Below, piece after piece: positions 37,877 to 47,441 of a DNA stretch of 64,000 nt. How positions within the stretch are numbered: position 1 is the stretch's first letter; each line of letters begins with the position of its first letter. Made by a program: the position numbers and the translations under genes. The DNA lies in assembly GCA_965222075.1 (NCBI GenBank), contig OZ244937.1, positions 3,328,001 through 3,392,000 of the forward strand, written 5' to 3'. The notes under the pieces were generated by a model. That model made no database searches and was not told the origin of the DNA. It saw only the letters and a program-made list of their open reading frames with translations. The DNA is from Candidatus Latescibacterota bacterium (lineage in GTDB: Bacteria > Latescibacterota > UBA2968 > GCA-2709665).

Positions 37877-38647
37877 TCACCGTCCCATCCAGCCCCCGTC
37901 CACGGTGAGGATCGCGCCGTGGACATAATCGGCGGCATCGGAACTCAGAAACAGGACCGCGCCCTTCAAATCGTCCGGCGCGCCCCAGCGGCCGGCCGGA
38001 ATCCGCACCAGGATCTGCTCGCTGCGCGCCGCATCGGCCCGAAGCGCCGCATTGTTGTCCGTGGCGATATAGCCCGGGGCGATGGCGTTCACGTTCACCC
38101 CCCTGCCGGCCCATTCGTTGGCCAGCGCCCTCGTCAGCTGCCCGATGCCCCCCTTGCTCGCCGCGTAGCCCGGAACCGTGATCCCACCCTGGAAGCTAAG
38201 CACCGAAGCGGTGAAGATAATCTTGCCCTTCCCGCGGGCAAGCATCGCCTTCCCAAACTCCCGGGCGAGGACGAACTGGGCGTTCAGGTTGACTTCGATC
38301 ACCCTGTCCCAGTAGTCGTCCGGGTGTTCGGCCGCCGGGCTGCGCAGGATGGTCCCGGCATTGTTGACCAGAATATCGACCTGAGGAACATCCTTCTTCA
38401 CCTGCCCGATAAAATGGTAAAGCGCCTTGCGGTCTGAAAAATCGCAAGCATATCCCTTAAACGTTCGCCCCAATGCGAACACATCCCGTTCTACATCGCT
38501 ACCGGAGGGCTCCAGCGAAGCGCTCACTCCGACAATATCGGCGCCTCCTTCGGCCAAAGCCTGGGCAAAGCCTCGGCCGATGCCGCGCCTGCAGCCGGTA
38601 ACCAGCGCCACCTTGCCGTCCAGCCTGAACAGCTCCGGAATGCCCAT
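37877..38647 (-). CDS. kduD: SDR, 2-dehydro-3-deoxy-D-gluconate 5-dehydrogenase type
   Basis: TG..RGIG, SFQGGI.VP.Y.ASK, ANEW, APGY..T.N...LR.D, VDGGW..R. Confidence 0.85.
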   Translation of the reverse strand: MGIPELFRLDGKVALVTGCRRGIGRGFAQALAEGGADIVGVSASLEPSGSDVERDVFALGRTFKGYACDFSDRKALYHFIGQVKKDVPQVDILVNNAGTILRSPAAEHPDDYWDRVIEVNLNAQFVLAREFGKAMLARGKGKIIFTASVLSFQGGITVPGYAASKGGIGQLTRALANEWAGRGVNVNAIAPGYIATDNNAALRADAARSEQILVRIPAGRWGAPDDLKGAVLFLSSDAADYVHGAILTVDGGWMGR

Positions 38648-38672
38648 AAAACCCTCCGCCGTCCGCTGTACC

Positions 38673-39707
38673 CTAAGGCGTAAACACCACCTTCAACGCT
38701 TCCATATTCTCGGCCGCCGCAAAACCTACCTCCCACTCTTTCAGCGGAAGTCGGTGGGTAATAATCGGCTCAACGTCAATCTTCCCCTCGGCGATCATCC
38801 AGATCGTTTTGTCCCAGCTCGCGTACTCGGTGGACATATTGAAGAACAGGGTCACAACCTTGGTCATCGCCGCGTCCCAGTCCAGCTCCACGGGCCGCTT
38901 GCCGGTCAGGCCGATCGCGCAGATTCGCCCCCACTTGCACACTAAGTCCACCGCCTGGGCAATCGCCGGAGGGGCCCCCGAACATTCGATCACCAGGTCC
39001 GCCCCTTTGCCGTCGGTCAGTTCCAGGCACTTTTTTACCGGGTCGGTTTCGGCAAAATTAATCACGTGGTCGATACCCAGCTCCCGCGCCGTGGCCAAGC
39101 GCAGCTCCTCGTCTGGAGGCGCGCCTACCATCATGACCTCCCTGGCCCCCGCCACTCTGGCAACCTGGGCCGCCAGCAGACCGATCGGACCCGGCCCCAG
39201 CACCACCACGAAATCGCCCACCTCAATCGCCTTCCGATCGACAATATCCGTAACCGTATTTGCAGCCGGTTCAACCAGCGCCGCGTGTTCAAAGGACATC
39301 GTATCGGGAATCCGGTGCAGGAGATTGGTGGGATATTTCAGGTATTTCGTAAACGCCCCATCGATCCCCCAGCCGGGGGACCGTTTCTCCAGACAGTTCT
39401 GGATATGACCCCTCCGGCAAAGGAAACACTTGCCGCAGTGCAGCGTATGCGGCTCTCCCACAACCCGATCTCCCACCTTCCAGTCCTGAATATTTTTTCC
39501 GGTCTCGACAATCTCGCCGGAAAATTCATGCCCTAAGATAACCGGCGGCCAGTAGGGAAATGTATCGTGTTTCACATGAACATCCGTACCACAAATTCCT
39601 GCCGCCTTGACCTCTATAAGGACCTCGTCGTCCGTAATCGCAGGCTCGGGCACATCCTGCAATTCCAGAAACCCCTTGCCCTTTTCTGTCTTGACAACCG
39701 CTAACAT
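38673..39707 (-). CDS. Zinc-binding dehydrogenase (threonine/sorbitol dehydrogenase-like)
   Basis: GICGTD, GHEFSG, CGKC..C.......C, GPGPIG. Confidence 0.9.
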   Translation of the reverse strand: MLAVVKTEKGKGFLELQDVPEPAITDDEVLIEVKAAGICGTDVHVKHDTFPYWPPVILGHEFSGEIVETGKNIQDWKVGDRVVGEPHTLHCGKCFLCRRGHIQNCLEKRSPGWGIDGAFTKYLKYPTNLLHRIPDTMSFEHAALVEPAANTVTDIVDRKAIEVGDFVVVLGPGPIGLLAAQVARVAGAREVMMVGAPPDEELRLATARELGIDHVINFAETDPVKKCLELTDGKGADLVIECSGAPPAIAQAVDLVCKWGRICAIGLTGKRPVELDWDAAMTKVVTLFFNMSTEYASWDKTIWMIAEGKIDVEPIITHRLPLKEWEVGFAAAENMEALKVVFTP

Positions 39708-39820
39708 AGCAAACTCCTTATCGAATCAACGACCACCCGCAGTAGCGGGTGCCCGCCTCCGGCTCACAGGATCGTCTCCTCGCCCTGGTGAATATTGAAT
39801 TTCAATCCCGGCTTTTACCC

Positions 39821-39849
39821 TTGAAATTCAGGCAGGGATCGCGTATAAT
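39821..39849 (+). promoter_or_regulatory. Consensus sigma70 promoter
   Basis: TTGAAA - 17 bp - TATAAT. Confidence 0.6.
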
Positions 39850-39927
39850 TACTTACAATACAGCAAAAACGCGGAGCCGATCAGCGGCACCGACACCGGT
39901 CGGCTCCTGAAGTAAATGGGCAGAACA

Positions 39928-40071
39928 TCACCCGCAGTCGAGACAGCGGATCTCTCCAAACACCCGGTCCTGCTCCAACGCTTCGTCGATCACGAAATTC
40001 ACCAGACAGCGGGTGGCCCTGGAGGCGTCTTCCAGACCGTATTTCCGGGCCATCTCCTCCAAAAGTACCAT
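39928..40071 (-). CDS. Small hypothetical protein ending in RCLDCG; 5' end uncertain, possibly a remnant
   Basis: Protein-like helical composition and G3 codon bias; no clean RBS/start in frame. Confidence 0.4.
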   Translation of the reverse strand: MVLLEEMARKYGLEDASRATRCLVNFVIDEALEQDRVFGEIRCLDCG

Positions 40072-40222
40072 ACTGATGTAAGCATATACATCTCCCCAAA
40101 ATGACCTGGGGAGTATGATAGTGTATCCTGAAGCTGTTGTCAATGCCTGATTAAAGAAAGCCCAAAGTCCAAAGTCGCTCCTGTGGGGACGGGTGGGAGA
40201 CTCAGGACTCGGGACTGTAACG

Positions 40223-43075
40223 ATGTCAATCTTAGACACATTCGTCACGCTCGATCTGGAAACGACCGGCCTCTCCCCCGGAGATTCCGAAATCCTCGAA
40301 ATCGGGGCGGTAAAAGTAGAGGCGGGGAAGATCGCCGACCGGTTCCAGACCTATGTCAAACCCCGGCAGGGCATCCCGGAGGAGGCCGTCCGCCTCACCG
40401 GAATCACTCAAAAAGCGGTGCGCCGGGCGCCCCGGGCCGAAACCGCGCTGGCAAAACTCCGGGACTTCGTCGGAGGCCTGCCCATCCTGGCGCACCAGGG
40501 GCGGTTCGAGGAGCGGTTCCTCTCGGCCTTATCAGCGGTCCCTTTTGACGAAATTCTCCACAGCGTGCGGGACCTCGCCCGCACGGCCCTCCCCCGCCTC
40601 ACCGACCACCGCGCCGAACGCCTGGCAGACTTTTTCAACGTCCAGGCCAACGGCCCGCACAAGGCCCAGATAGACGCCGAACGCCTGGCCGGCGTCTATC
40701 TGGGGACCGTTGAGGTGCTCCGGGACGTCCCGCTGCGCCTCAAGCAGCAGATGCTCCAGCTGCTCCGGGGCACCCGGTCGAACCTCCTTCCCATCCTCGT
40801 GTCCCTCGGCAACGAAGGCATCCAGAAAGAATTCATGTCCCGGATAAAGGGTGGAGGCCCCAACGACGAGGCCTTCTGCTCGATGTTCAACCTGGGCGGT
40901 GAAGAGGCAGCGGCCGTCCAGACCGACCGACCCCTTGATGTGGACGCCATCCGGGGCATGTTCGGCCCCGGAGGCGTCTTCGAGCGGGAAATCCCCGCCT
41001 ACGAATTCAGGGAGGAACAGATCGACATGGCCCGGGCGGTGGCCGACGCCTTCAACAACGCCCGGTTCCTGGCGGTGGAGGCCGGAACCGGCGTGGGGAA
41101 ATCGATCGCCTATCTGGTGCCGGCGGTCCTCCATGCCGTTCAGAACAACGTCAGGGTCGTCGTCTCCACCAACACCAAGAACCTGCAGGAACAGCTCTTC
41201 TTCAAAGACCTGCCCGACTTGGAGGCCATCTTAGACGTCCCCTTCCGCTATGCCCTGCTCAAAGGGCGCAGCAACTACATCTGTCTCAACCGATGGGGCG
41301 CGGCCCTGGCCAACGCAGACGCCCTCTTCACCGAAGAGGAACGGTTCGCTGCGCTGCCCCTCGTCATCTGGGCCGACCAGACCCAAACGGGAGACATCAC
41401 CGAGAATACCGGCTTCAACCTGGCCCGCAACGCCTCCCTCTGGGCCAAAATCTGTTCGGACAGCGGCTTTTGCCGCAGCCAGCGCTGCCGGAACAATGGG
41501 CAATGTTTTGCCAACACCATCCGAAAAGCCGCGTACAAGGCGCATGTGGTGGTGGTCAACCACTCCCTCCTCTTCTCGGATATCTCCTCCCAAAACGGCA
41601 TCCTGGGAGACTACAACCACCTCATCCTGGACGAGGCGCACAACGTCGAAAAGGTCGCCGCCCACTACCTGGGGCGGGAATTGAGCGTCTGGCGGGTCAA
41701 AAACCTGACCGACCACCTCCAAAGCCCCGGCTCTGTCAGCACCGGCACCCTCACCGCGCTCAGGCACTGGATGTCCGTCGCCGACCTCGACACCACGGCC
41801 CTGAAACCCTTCGACATCGGCATCGGATCGGCCATGGAGGCCGCGGAAACCCTCTACCTGAAGGCCCAGTCCTTCTTCGAGGCCCTCACCGACCACATGC
41901 AGCAGCGGGAGGGAAACCGCCGGCAGACATACACCCAGAAGGTGCGCTACCGTCCCGGAGAACCCACCTTCGACGGCCTGGGAGAAACCCTTGTTCCCTT
42001 CGCCGAAGCCGCAGCCGCCCTCAATAAACACCTCCAGGCCCTCTCCGGCTGGCTCCGGGATCTGCCCGAAGACGCCTTCCCCAACCAGGACGAACTCCGC
42101 AGCGAACTGGAGGGCCGGATTGAGGAATGCGCGGAAACCCTGGACGACCTCGACTACCTCACAGCCCCAGGTGACGAGCGGGCCGTCTACTGGATGGAAC
42201 TGCCCGGCCGGGAGGGCAGCATCGACACCCGCCTCTTTGCTGTGCCCTTAAACGTATCTGATATCCTGAACGAAGCGCTCTACGCGGCAATGGACACCAT
42301 CGTCTTCACCTCAGCCACCCTGGGCATCCGGGGGAAACTCGTCTACTTCCTCCGGCGGATGGGCCTGGAGGACATGCCTGAAAGACGGGTGCAGGCGCTC
42401 TGCCTCGGCTCGCCCTTCGACTTTGTGAACCAGGCCCTGGTCTGTGCGCCTAACTTCATGCCATCGCCCAAATCCCCCGGATTCCAGGACGCCGTAGACA
42501 ACCTCTTGCAGGACCTCGCAGTCAACGTCCAGCGGGGCACCCTGGCTCTGTTTACCTCATACAGCATGCTCAACCAGACCTACAGCGCCCTCAAACCCAA
42601 CCTCCAGTCCGAGGGCATCCTCCTGCTGGGGCAGGGCATCGACGGTTCTCGCACGAACATCACCGAGCGATTCAAACGCGAGGGACGGGCCACGCTCCTT
42701 GGCACCGACAGCTTCTGGGAAGGCATCGACGTACCGGGAGACGCGCTGCAAATCCTCGGCATCGTGCGGCTGCCCTTTGCAGTCCCTTCCGAACCCTTGG
42801 TGGCCGCCCAGATGGAAGAACTGGAAAAACAGGGCAAAAACCCTTTCCTGCACTACTCCGTCCCCGAAGCCATCCTCAAGTTCAGGCAGGGCTTCGGGCG
42901 CCTCATCCGGAACAAAACCGACCGGGGAGCGGTCGTGGTCTTGGACAGCCGGGTGCTTTCTACACGCTACGGCCGGGCCTTTCTGGAAGCCCTTCCGGTA
43001 TCCCATCGGGCCTTCCAAACCCAGCCGGAAATGATCGGCACCATCCAGGCCTGGTTTGAAAAGGCCGACAATTGA
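40223..43075 (+). CDS. dinG: DnaQ-exonuclease/DinG-family Fe-S helicase fusion
   Basis: DLETTG; EAGTGVGKS; KGRSNYIC plus Cys cluster; DEAH; TSATL; FWEGID; QG.GRLIR. Confidence 0.92.
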   Translation: MSILDTFVTLDLETTGLSPGDSEILEIGAVKVEAGKIADRFQTYVKPRQGIPEEAVRLTGITQKAVRRAPRAETALAKLRDFVGGLPILAHQGRFEERFLSALSAVPFDEILHSVRDLARTALPRLTDHRAERLADFFNVQANGPHKAQIDAERLAGVYLGTVEVLRDVPLRLKQQMLQLLRGTRSNLLPILVSLGNEGIQKEFMSRIKGGGPNDEAFCSMFNLGGEEAAAVQTDRPLDVDAIRGMFGPGGVFEREIPAYEFREEQIDMARAVADAFNNARFLAVEAGTGVGKSIAYLVPAVLHAVQNNVRVVVSTNTKNLQEQLFFKDLPDLEAILDVPFRYALLKGRSNYICLNRWGAALANADALFTEEERFAALPLVIWADQTQTGDITENTGFNLARNASLWAKICSDSGFCRSQRCRNNGQCFANTIRKAAYKAHVVVVNHSLLFSDISSQNGILGDYNHLILDEAHNVEKVAAHYLGRELSVWRVKNLTDHLQSPGSVSTGTLTALRHWMSVADLDTTALKPFDIGIGSAMEAAETLYLKAQSFFEALTDHMQQREGNRRQTYTQKVRYRPGEPTFDGLGETLVPFAEAAAALNKHLQALSGWLRDLPEDAFPNQDELRSELEGRIEECAETLDDLDYLTAPGDERAVYWMELPGREGSIDTRLFAVPLNVSDILNEALYAAMDTIVFTSATLGIRGKLVYFLRRMGLEDMPERRVQALCLGSPFDFVNQALVCAPNFMPSPKSPGFQDAVDNLLQDLAVNVQRGTLALFTSYSMLNQTYSALKPNLQSEGILLLGQGIDGSRTNITERFKREGRATLLGTDSFWEGIDVPGDALQILGIVRLPFAVPSEPLVAAQMEELEKQGKNPFLHYSVPEAILKFRQGFGRLIRNKTDRGAVVVLDSRVLSTRYGRAFLEALPVSHRAFQTQPEMIGTIQAWFEKADN

Positions 43076-44547
43076 CTTTCGGAGTATCTGCGTTGAACAC
43101 CGACGGCGCCACAGCCATCCGGGAACCGCTGAAAAAACTCCTGGCGCGTGTGCCCCAGGCAGACCACCCTCTGGTGGGGCATGCCTATCACCTTGCCAGC
43201 GCCAGCCACGAGGGCCAAAATCGGGATGAAGGCCAGCCTTATATTACCCATCCCATCGCGGTGGCTTTAATCCTCGCCTCGGAACTCGGATTCTCCAGAG
43301 ATGTGGAAATGATGGTGGCTGCGCTGCTCCACGACGCCGTGGAAGACTCGGCGCTGAGCTTAGATGACATCACCCCCACTTTTGGGCCGGTAATCACCGG
43401 CCTGATTACCGGCGTCACCAAGGTGGACGGCGCCTACTCACGCAGCCGTTCCGCCCGCCGCGCAGCCACCCTCCAGAGGCTCTTTACCGCTGCCCGGGAA
43501 GACTCCCGGGTGCTGATCTTGAAACTGGCCGACCGGATGCACAATATGCGCAGCATAGACGGGCTTAAAGATCCAAAGCGCCGCCAGCGGATGGCACAGG
43601 AAACCACCGACGTCTATGCCCCTCTTTCCCACCTGCTTGGCATGGGCCGAATTCACCGAGAACTGGAGGACCGGAGTCTCGAATGCCTGGAACCGGAGAC
43701 GTATGATCAGCTTACCGATGTACTGAGCGCAGGGGCCCCGAAGCCCTTCCTGGATTTCCAGGAAAAAATGAAAGAGACCATCTTAACGCATGGAATCCGA
43801 ACGCGGGTCCGTTTACATACCAAGAGCCTGGCGAGCACCTATCGGAAGATTACCGGATCCAACCTCGCCATCGTGAATATCCACGACCGGTATGCCGTCG
43901 AAATCATCGTATCGAACCGGTATGCCTGCTACCGTACCCTGGGGGTGATCCACGGCCGTTTTGCACCGGTGATGGAATGTTTTAAAGACTTTGTCGCGCT
44001 TCCCAAAAGAAACGGATACCAGGCCCTCCACACGACCGTGCTCGACGGAGGAATGCGATTTGAAATTCACATACAGACCCCTTCTATGCACCGCATAGGA
44101 GAACTGGGCGTCGCCACCTTAAGGGGAGACGCCCTCCAGGTAGAGCGCCGGCGGCGATGGCTTGAAGAACTCGCCGAATGGCACGAGCATGCCGGCCCGT
44201 CGGAACGATTTCTGGATGAGATAAAACGCATCCTCTTTGTACAGGAAATCGCGGTCTTTACCCCCCAGGACGATCCCATTATCCTCCCCGAAGGCGCAAC
44301 CCTGGTCGATTTCGCCTTTGGCGTCCACACCGACCTGGGCCTGCACTGCACCGGAGGCCGGGTCAATGGAAAACCGACGACGCCTTTTTCCGTCTTGAAC
44401 TGGGGAGACACCGTTGAAATCAAGACCTCCAAAACCCAGCGTCCAAAACAACACTGGCTGCGATACGTCAAAACCTACCGTGCCCGCCGCCTCATCCGCC
44501 GCTACCTGAGCCGGTCCAAATCGTCCGGCGGGCTGATGTTCGGCTGA
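43072..44547 (+). CDS. Short RelA/SpoT homolog (HD hydrolase, degenerate synthetase, TGS)
   Basis: H.GQ.R..G.PYI.HP, LLHDAVED, KLADRMHN; PK.NGYQ.LHT; VFTP, GAT.VDFAF.VH; no C-terminal ZFD/ACT. Confidence 0.88.
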   Translation: MTFGVSALNTDGATAIREPLKKLLARVPQADHPLVGHAYHLASASHEGQNRDEGQPYITHPIAVALILASELGFSRDVEMMVAALLHDAVEDSALSLDDITPTFGPVITGLITGVTKVDGAYSRSRSARRAATLQRLFTAAREDSRVLILKLADRMHNMRSIDGLKDPKRRQRMAQETTDVYAPLSHLLGMGRIHRELEDRSLECLEPETYDQLTDVLSAGAPKPFLDFQEKMKETILTHGIRTRVRLHTKSLASTYRKITGSNLAIVNIHDRYAVEIIVSNRYACYRTLGVIHGRFAPVMECFKDFVALPKRNGYQALHTTVLDGGMRFEIHIQTPSMHRIGELGVATLRGDALQVERRRRWLEELAEWHEHAGPSERFLDEIKRILFVQEIAVFTPQDDPIILPEGATLVDFAFGVHTDLGLHCTGGRVNGKPTTPFSVLNWGDTVEIKTSKTQRPKQHWLRYVKTYRARRLIRRYLSRSKSSGGLMFG

Positions 44548-44593
44548 GCGTTCATGTCTCACCCCCAGTGGCCTCTTCCTCCAATCCTCGACC

Positions 44594-45661
44594 ATGCCAA
44601 TACAAAGCTTCACATTAAAAACAGGGCAGCATCTCAACATCAAGCTTCTGGAACCTCCCCTTTCCAGCTATGCCGACAAAGTTGGGTGCTGGACCGATAT
44701 CCGGAACGAACTGCTCGGCGGACAGATGGCGCCGTGGCTTTTCACGCCTTATTTTGTGGGTGAAATTGGCGGTGAAGTCGTGGGCAGTATGAGCTATTAT
44801 ACCCCCACCGACACCCGCGATGTCGGCGTTGTGGAGTTTGTACACACAGCGGAGAAACACAGGCAAAAGGGCATTGCATCGGCTTTGATGGCCCAGCTGA
44901 TCGAAAGATTCAGGGCCGATGGCGGACTCGGGCTCTATCTGTGTACCATCAATCCTCATGCCGGTACCCTGTATGAAAATCACGGCTTCTGGTACCACGT
45001 GGGTGATGGGATGCGATACCTGGCGCCCGACGCTCAGGATTTCGACAGAACCTATCTGGCCTTTTGTGGAAAAGCGCGAATTCGAGACGCCACCTGGGCA
45101 GACCTCCCACGGCTCTCTGTATTGTACAATCATCCCCAACCCGAATGGTACATCAAAGACTATCTCACCCAGAGCTTCCGTCATACGCGATATGAGAGCC
45201 ACTTTGTAAAACTTATGAAAGGAATCGAAAATCAAAAGGGGTCGTTTCTGGTGCTGGAAAATCCTGCACAGCGGGTGGTCGGCGCTGCCGTGCTGAAACG
45301 ATTGGACACCTTTTACGAACAACACGTTGCCATGCTGAGCTTTCGGGTCTGTCCACACTATTTCAACCAGGCCGCCGACCTTTTAAACGCCGCATCAGAA
45401 AAAGCGAAAGAACATTCGATCCAATGGGTCCAGACCTACATCGCCGACTGCGACGACGACCAGAAAGAACTGGTCGGTGCGGCGGGATTCTTTAAAGAGG
45501 CGCGCCTGCGGAACCGACTGAGCAACGGAGGTGAAAAAATCGACCTGCTGGTCTATTCGCTGCCTCTGTCCCATGCCGTCAAGCCGCTACGCAGTCCGGG
45601 CGACTATTATGGCGGCAGACAATCCTGGCAGGAAGAACGCATAGCCTCTAACCGCAGCTGA
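44594..45661 (+). CDS. Tandem GNAT acetyltransferase-domain protein
   Basis: V.T...HRQKGIA..L and LYE..GF, followed by a second GNAT-like half. Confidence 0.75.
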   Translation: MPIQSFTLKTGQHLNIKLLEPPLSSYADKVGCWTDIRNELLGGQMAPWLFTPYFVGEIGGEVVGSMSYYTPTDTRDVGVVEFVHTAEKHRQKGIASALMAQLIERFRADGGLGLYLCTINPHAGTLYENHGFWYHVGDGMRYLAPDAQDFDRTYLAFCGKARIRDATWADLPRLSVLYNHPQPEWYIKDYLTQSFRHTRYESHFVKLMKGIENQKGSFLVLENPAQRVVGAAVLKRLDTFYEQHVAMLSFRVCPHYFNQAADLLNAASEKAKEHSIQWVQTYIADCDDDQKELVGAAGFFKEARLRNRLSNGGEKIDLLVYSLPLSHAVKPLRSPGDYYGGRQSWQEERIASNRS

Positions 45662-45695
45662 AGATGGACCTTGAGTCGGAAAGAGAGGACCGTTT

Positions 45696-46487
45696 ATGGC
45701 CGACGATCTTTTAATTCTGGACCCCGAACAGAAACAGTTCTTTGACGACAACGGCTACCTCTTAATCAAAGGGCTCTACAACCCGGTCGAAATCGAAGAA
45801 ATGCGCCGGGAGTTTCACGACCTGATAACCCGGACCGAAAACCGTCCCCAGAATATGCGCTACAGCTTCATGGACCCACCCGAAGGATACGAGCCCGATC
45901 CCTTCAATCCCAAAAATGTCGTCGGCATGATGGATCAGACCCTGGGCGGCGACTACTGGTTCGACCAGTTCACGGACCCCCGGGTGGTCCGTGTGATGGT
46001 GGACCTCCTGGGACCCAATATCGACTTTCACAACGGCAAAATCCGCAACAAACCGCCCGGATTCGTCTGCACCCAGAGCTGGCACCAGGATTGGCCTTAC
46101 GAGCGCCACACCCGGCCCGACCTGGCCGCGGCCATCACCTACCTGGACCCCACGGACTTCGAAGCCGGCGCCACCGAGGCCCTGCCCGGCAGCCACCTGA
46201 AAGGAGAGTGGTCCACCCGGGACGATGGCCACACCGTTGCCCACGACTGCGTCCCCGAAGGCCAGGGCGTGGTCCTGTCCGCCGAACCTGGAGATGTGGC
46301 CGTCATCCACGTCCTGGTCGTCCATCGCGCCGGACACAACTTCACGGCACGCGCCCGGCACGCCATTATCAACGAGTACAAAACCGCGGAAGCCATTGAC
46401 CTGTGGAACAACCGCTGTGCCTTTGCCAGCCTGCCCCTGGCCCGGAACCGCAGGCTGCTGATGCCCCGCGTGCAGGCAGCCAGATGA
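45696..46487 (+). CDS. Phytanoyl-CoA dioxygenase (PhyH) family
   Basis: F..NGYL, KPPG, WHQD, PGSH, PGD....H...H. Confidence 0.9.
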   Translation: MADDLLILDPEQKQFFDDNGYLLIKGLYNPVEIEEMRREFHDLITRTENRPQNMRYSFMDPPEGYEPDPFNPKNVVGMMDQTLGGDYWFDQFTDPRVVRVMVDLLGPNIDFHNGKIRNKPPGFVCTQSWHQDWPYERHTRPDLAAAITYLDPTDFEAGATEALPGSHLKGEWSTRDDGHTVAHDCVPEGQGVVLSAEPGDVAVIHVLVVHRAGHNFTARARHAIINEYKTAEAIDLWNNRCAFASLPLARNRRLLMPRVQAAR

Positions 46488-46831
46488 AACCTGCCCTCGT
46501 CCTCGCAGTCTGTCTAACCCTCTTCGGATGTACCCACGAACCGGAACGGTTGCGGGCCGAGATCGCCGCGCAGGAGGAGAAAGTCGCTGCGGCTCAGACA
46601 ACGCACAATCGAGAAGTCGCCCGGTTGAAAACCATGCAGGACAGCCTCCAGATCAAAATTCAGCAAAACATGGCCCTGGGGCTGGACAGAAAGCAGGCCA
46701 CAGAATTAGAACAGGCCCTCCTCAAAAGCCAGAGGACCCTTTTAGAGGCAGCAGGCCAGAACCTGAAGCGCCAGCGGGAGTATCTTGCCCGGCTGAAAGA
46801 ACGCCTTCACACCTTTTCAGGAAGCCCGTAA
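46484..46831 (+). CDS. Small coiled-coil lipoprotein
   Basis: MKPALVLAVCLTLFGC lipobox; ATGA overlap with the PhyH gene. Confidence 0.65.
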   Translation: MKPALVLAVCLTLFGCTHEPERLRAEIAAQEEKVAAAQTTHNREVARLKTMQDSLQIKIQQNMALGLDRKQATELEQALLKSQRTLLEAAGQNLKRQREYLARLKERLHTFSGSP

Positions 46832-46839
46832 CATACAGG

Positions 46840-46902
46840 GGCTTCTCCATCCGGGAGCGGATGGTCCTCTTCTGGCACAACCACTTTGCCACCCGGAGGT
46901 AA
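46840..46902 (+). pseudogene. Short relic of a DUF1800-type gene
   Basis: Encodes IRERMVLFWHNHFAT, a hallmark DUF1800 motif, with no surrounding ORF. Confidence 0.55.
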
Positions 46903-46907
46903 CCCCG

Positions 46908-47441
46908 ATGAAAATCCTGAACAAAGAGATCACCGCTCCGGACGGCCCGGATGTCCTTCAGGCCTACACCGCCTCGGTTCGGGCGCTGGCCGCACACATC
47001 GACCTCAAAGAAATCTGGGAACCCTTTAAAGATGATCCGGAACCCTTCTCAATTTCCGACATCGCCACCCTCTACTGGGAGGGTGAAATCGACGCATCCC
47101 GGTGGATTGCGCTCCACCTGCACCTGGAGGACGCCTGTCCCTATTTTGAAGATCGCGGCAACAACACCTACCGGGCGCAGGAAGAACTAAGACAGCTCGA
47201 CCGTCTGCACTATCGCCATGAACGCTACCTGCTGTTGAAACACCTCTCCGCATCGGCCGGCCGGACCTTCTCCGCAACCGTCCTCCACCTCCGGCGGGAC
47301 GGGGCGCTGGTGGAACTGGTGGACCTCCCTCTAAAAACCGTGGTTCGTCCCTACCGTGAGGTATCGGTGGGAGAGGTCATACGGCTCCGGCTCACCGGGG
47401 TTGACCTGTGGCGCTCAGAAGCCCACCTGGCCGTCCAGTGA
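46908..47441 (+). pseudogene. RNase II/RNB-family gene with the catalytic core deleted in frame
   Basis: N-terminal IDL.EIWE...LYW...YF segment joined to a C-terminal ERY.LL..L plus S1-like strands; only 177 aa and no RNB DD motif. Confidence 0.55.
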
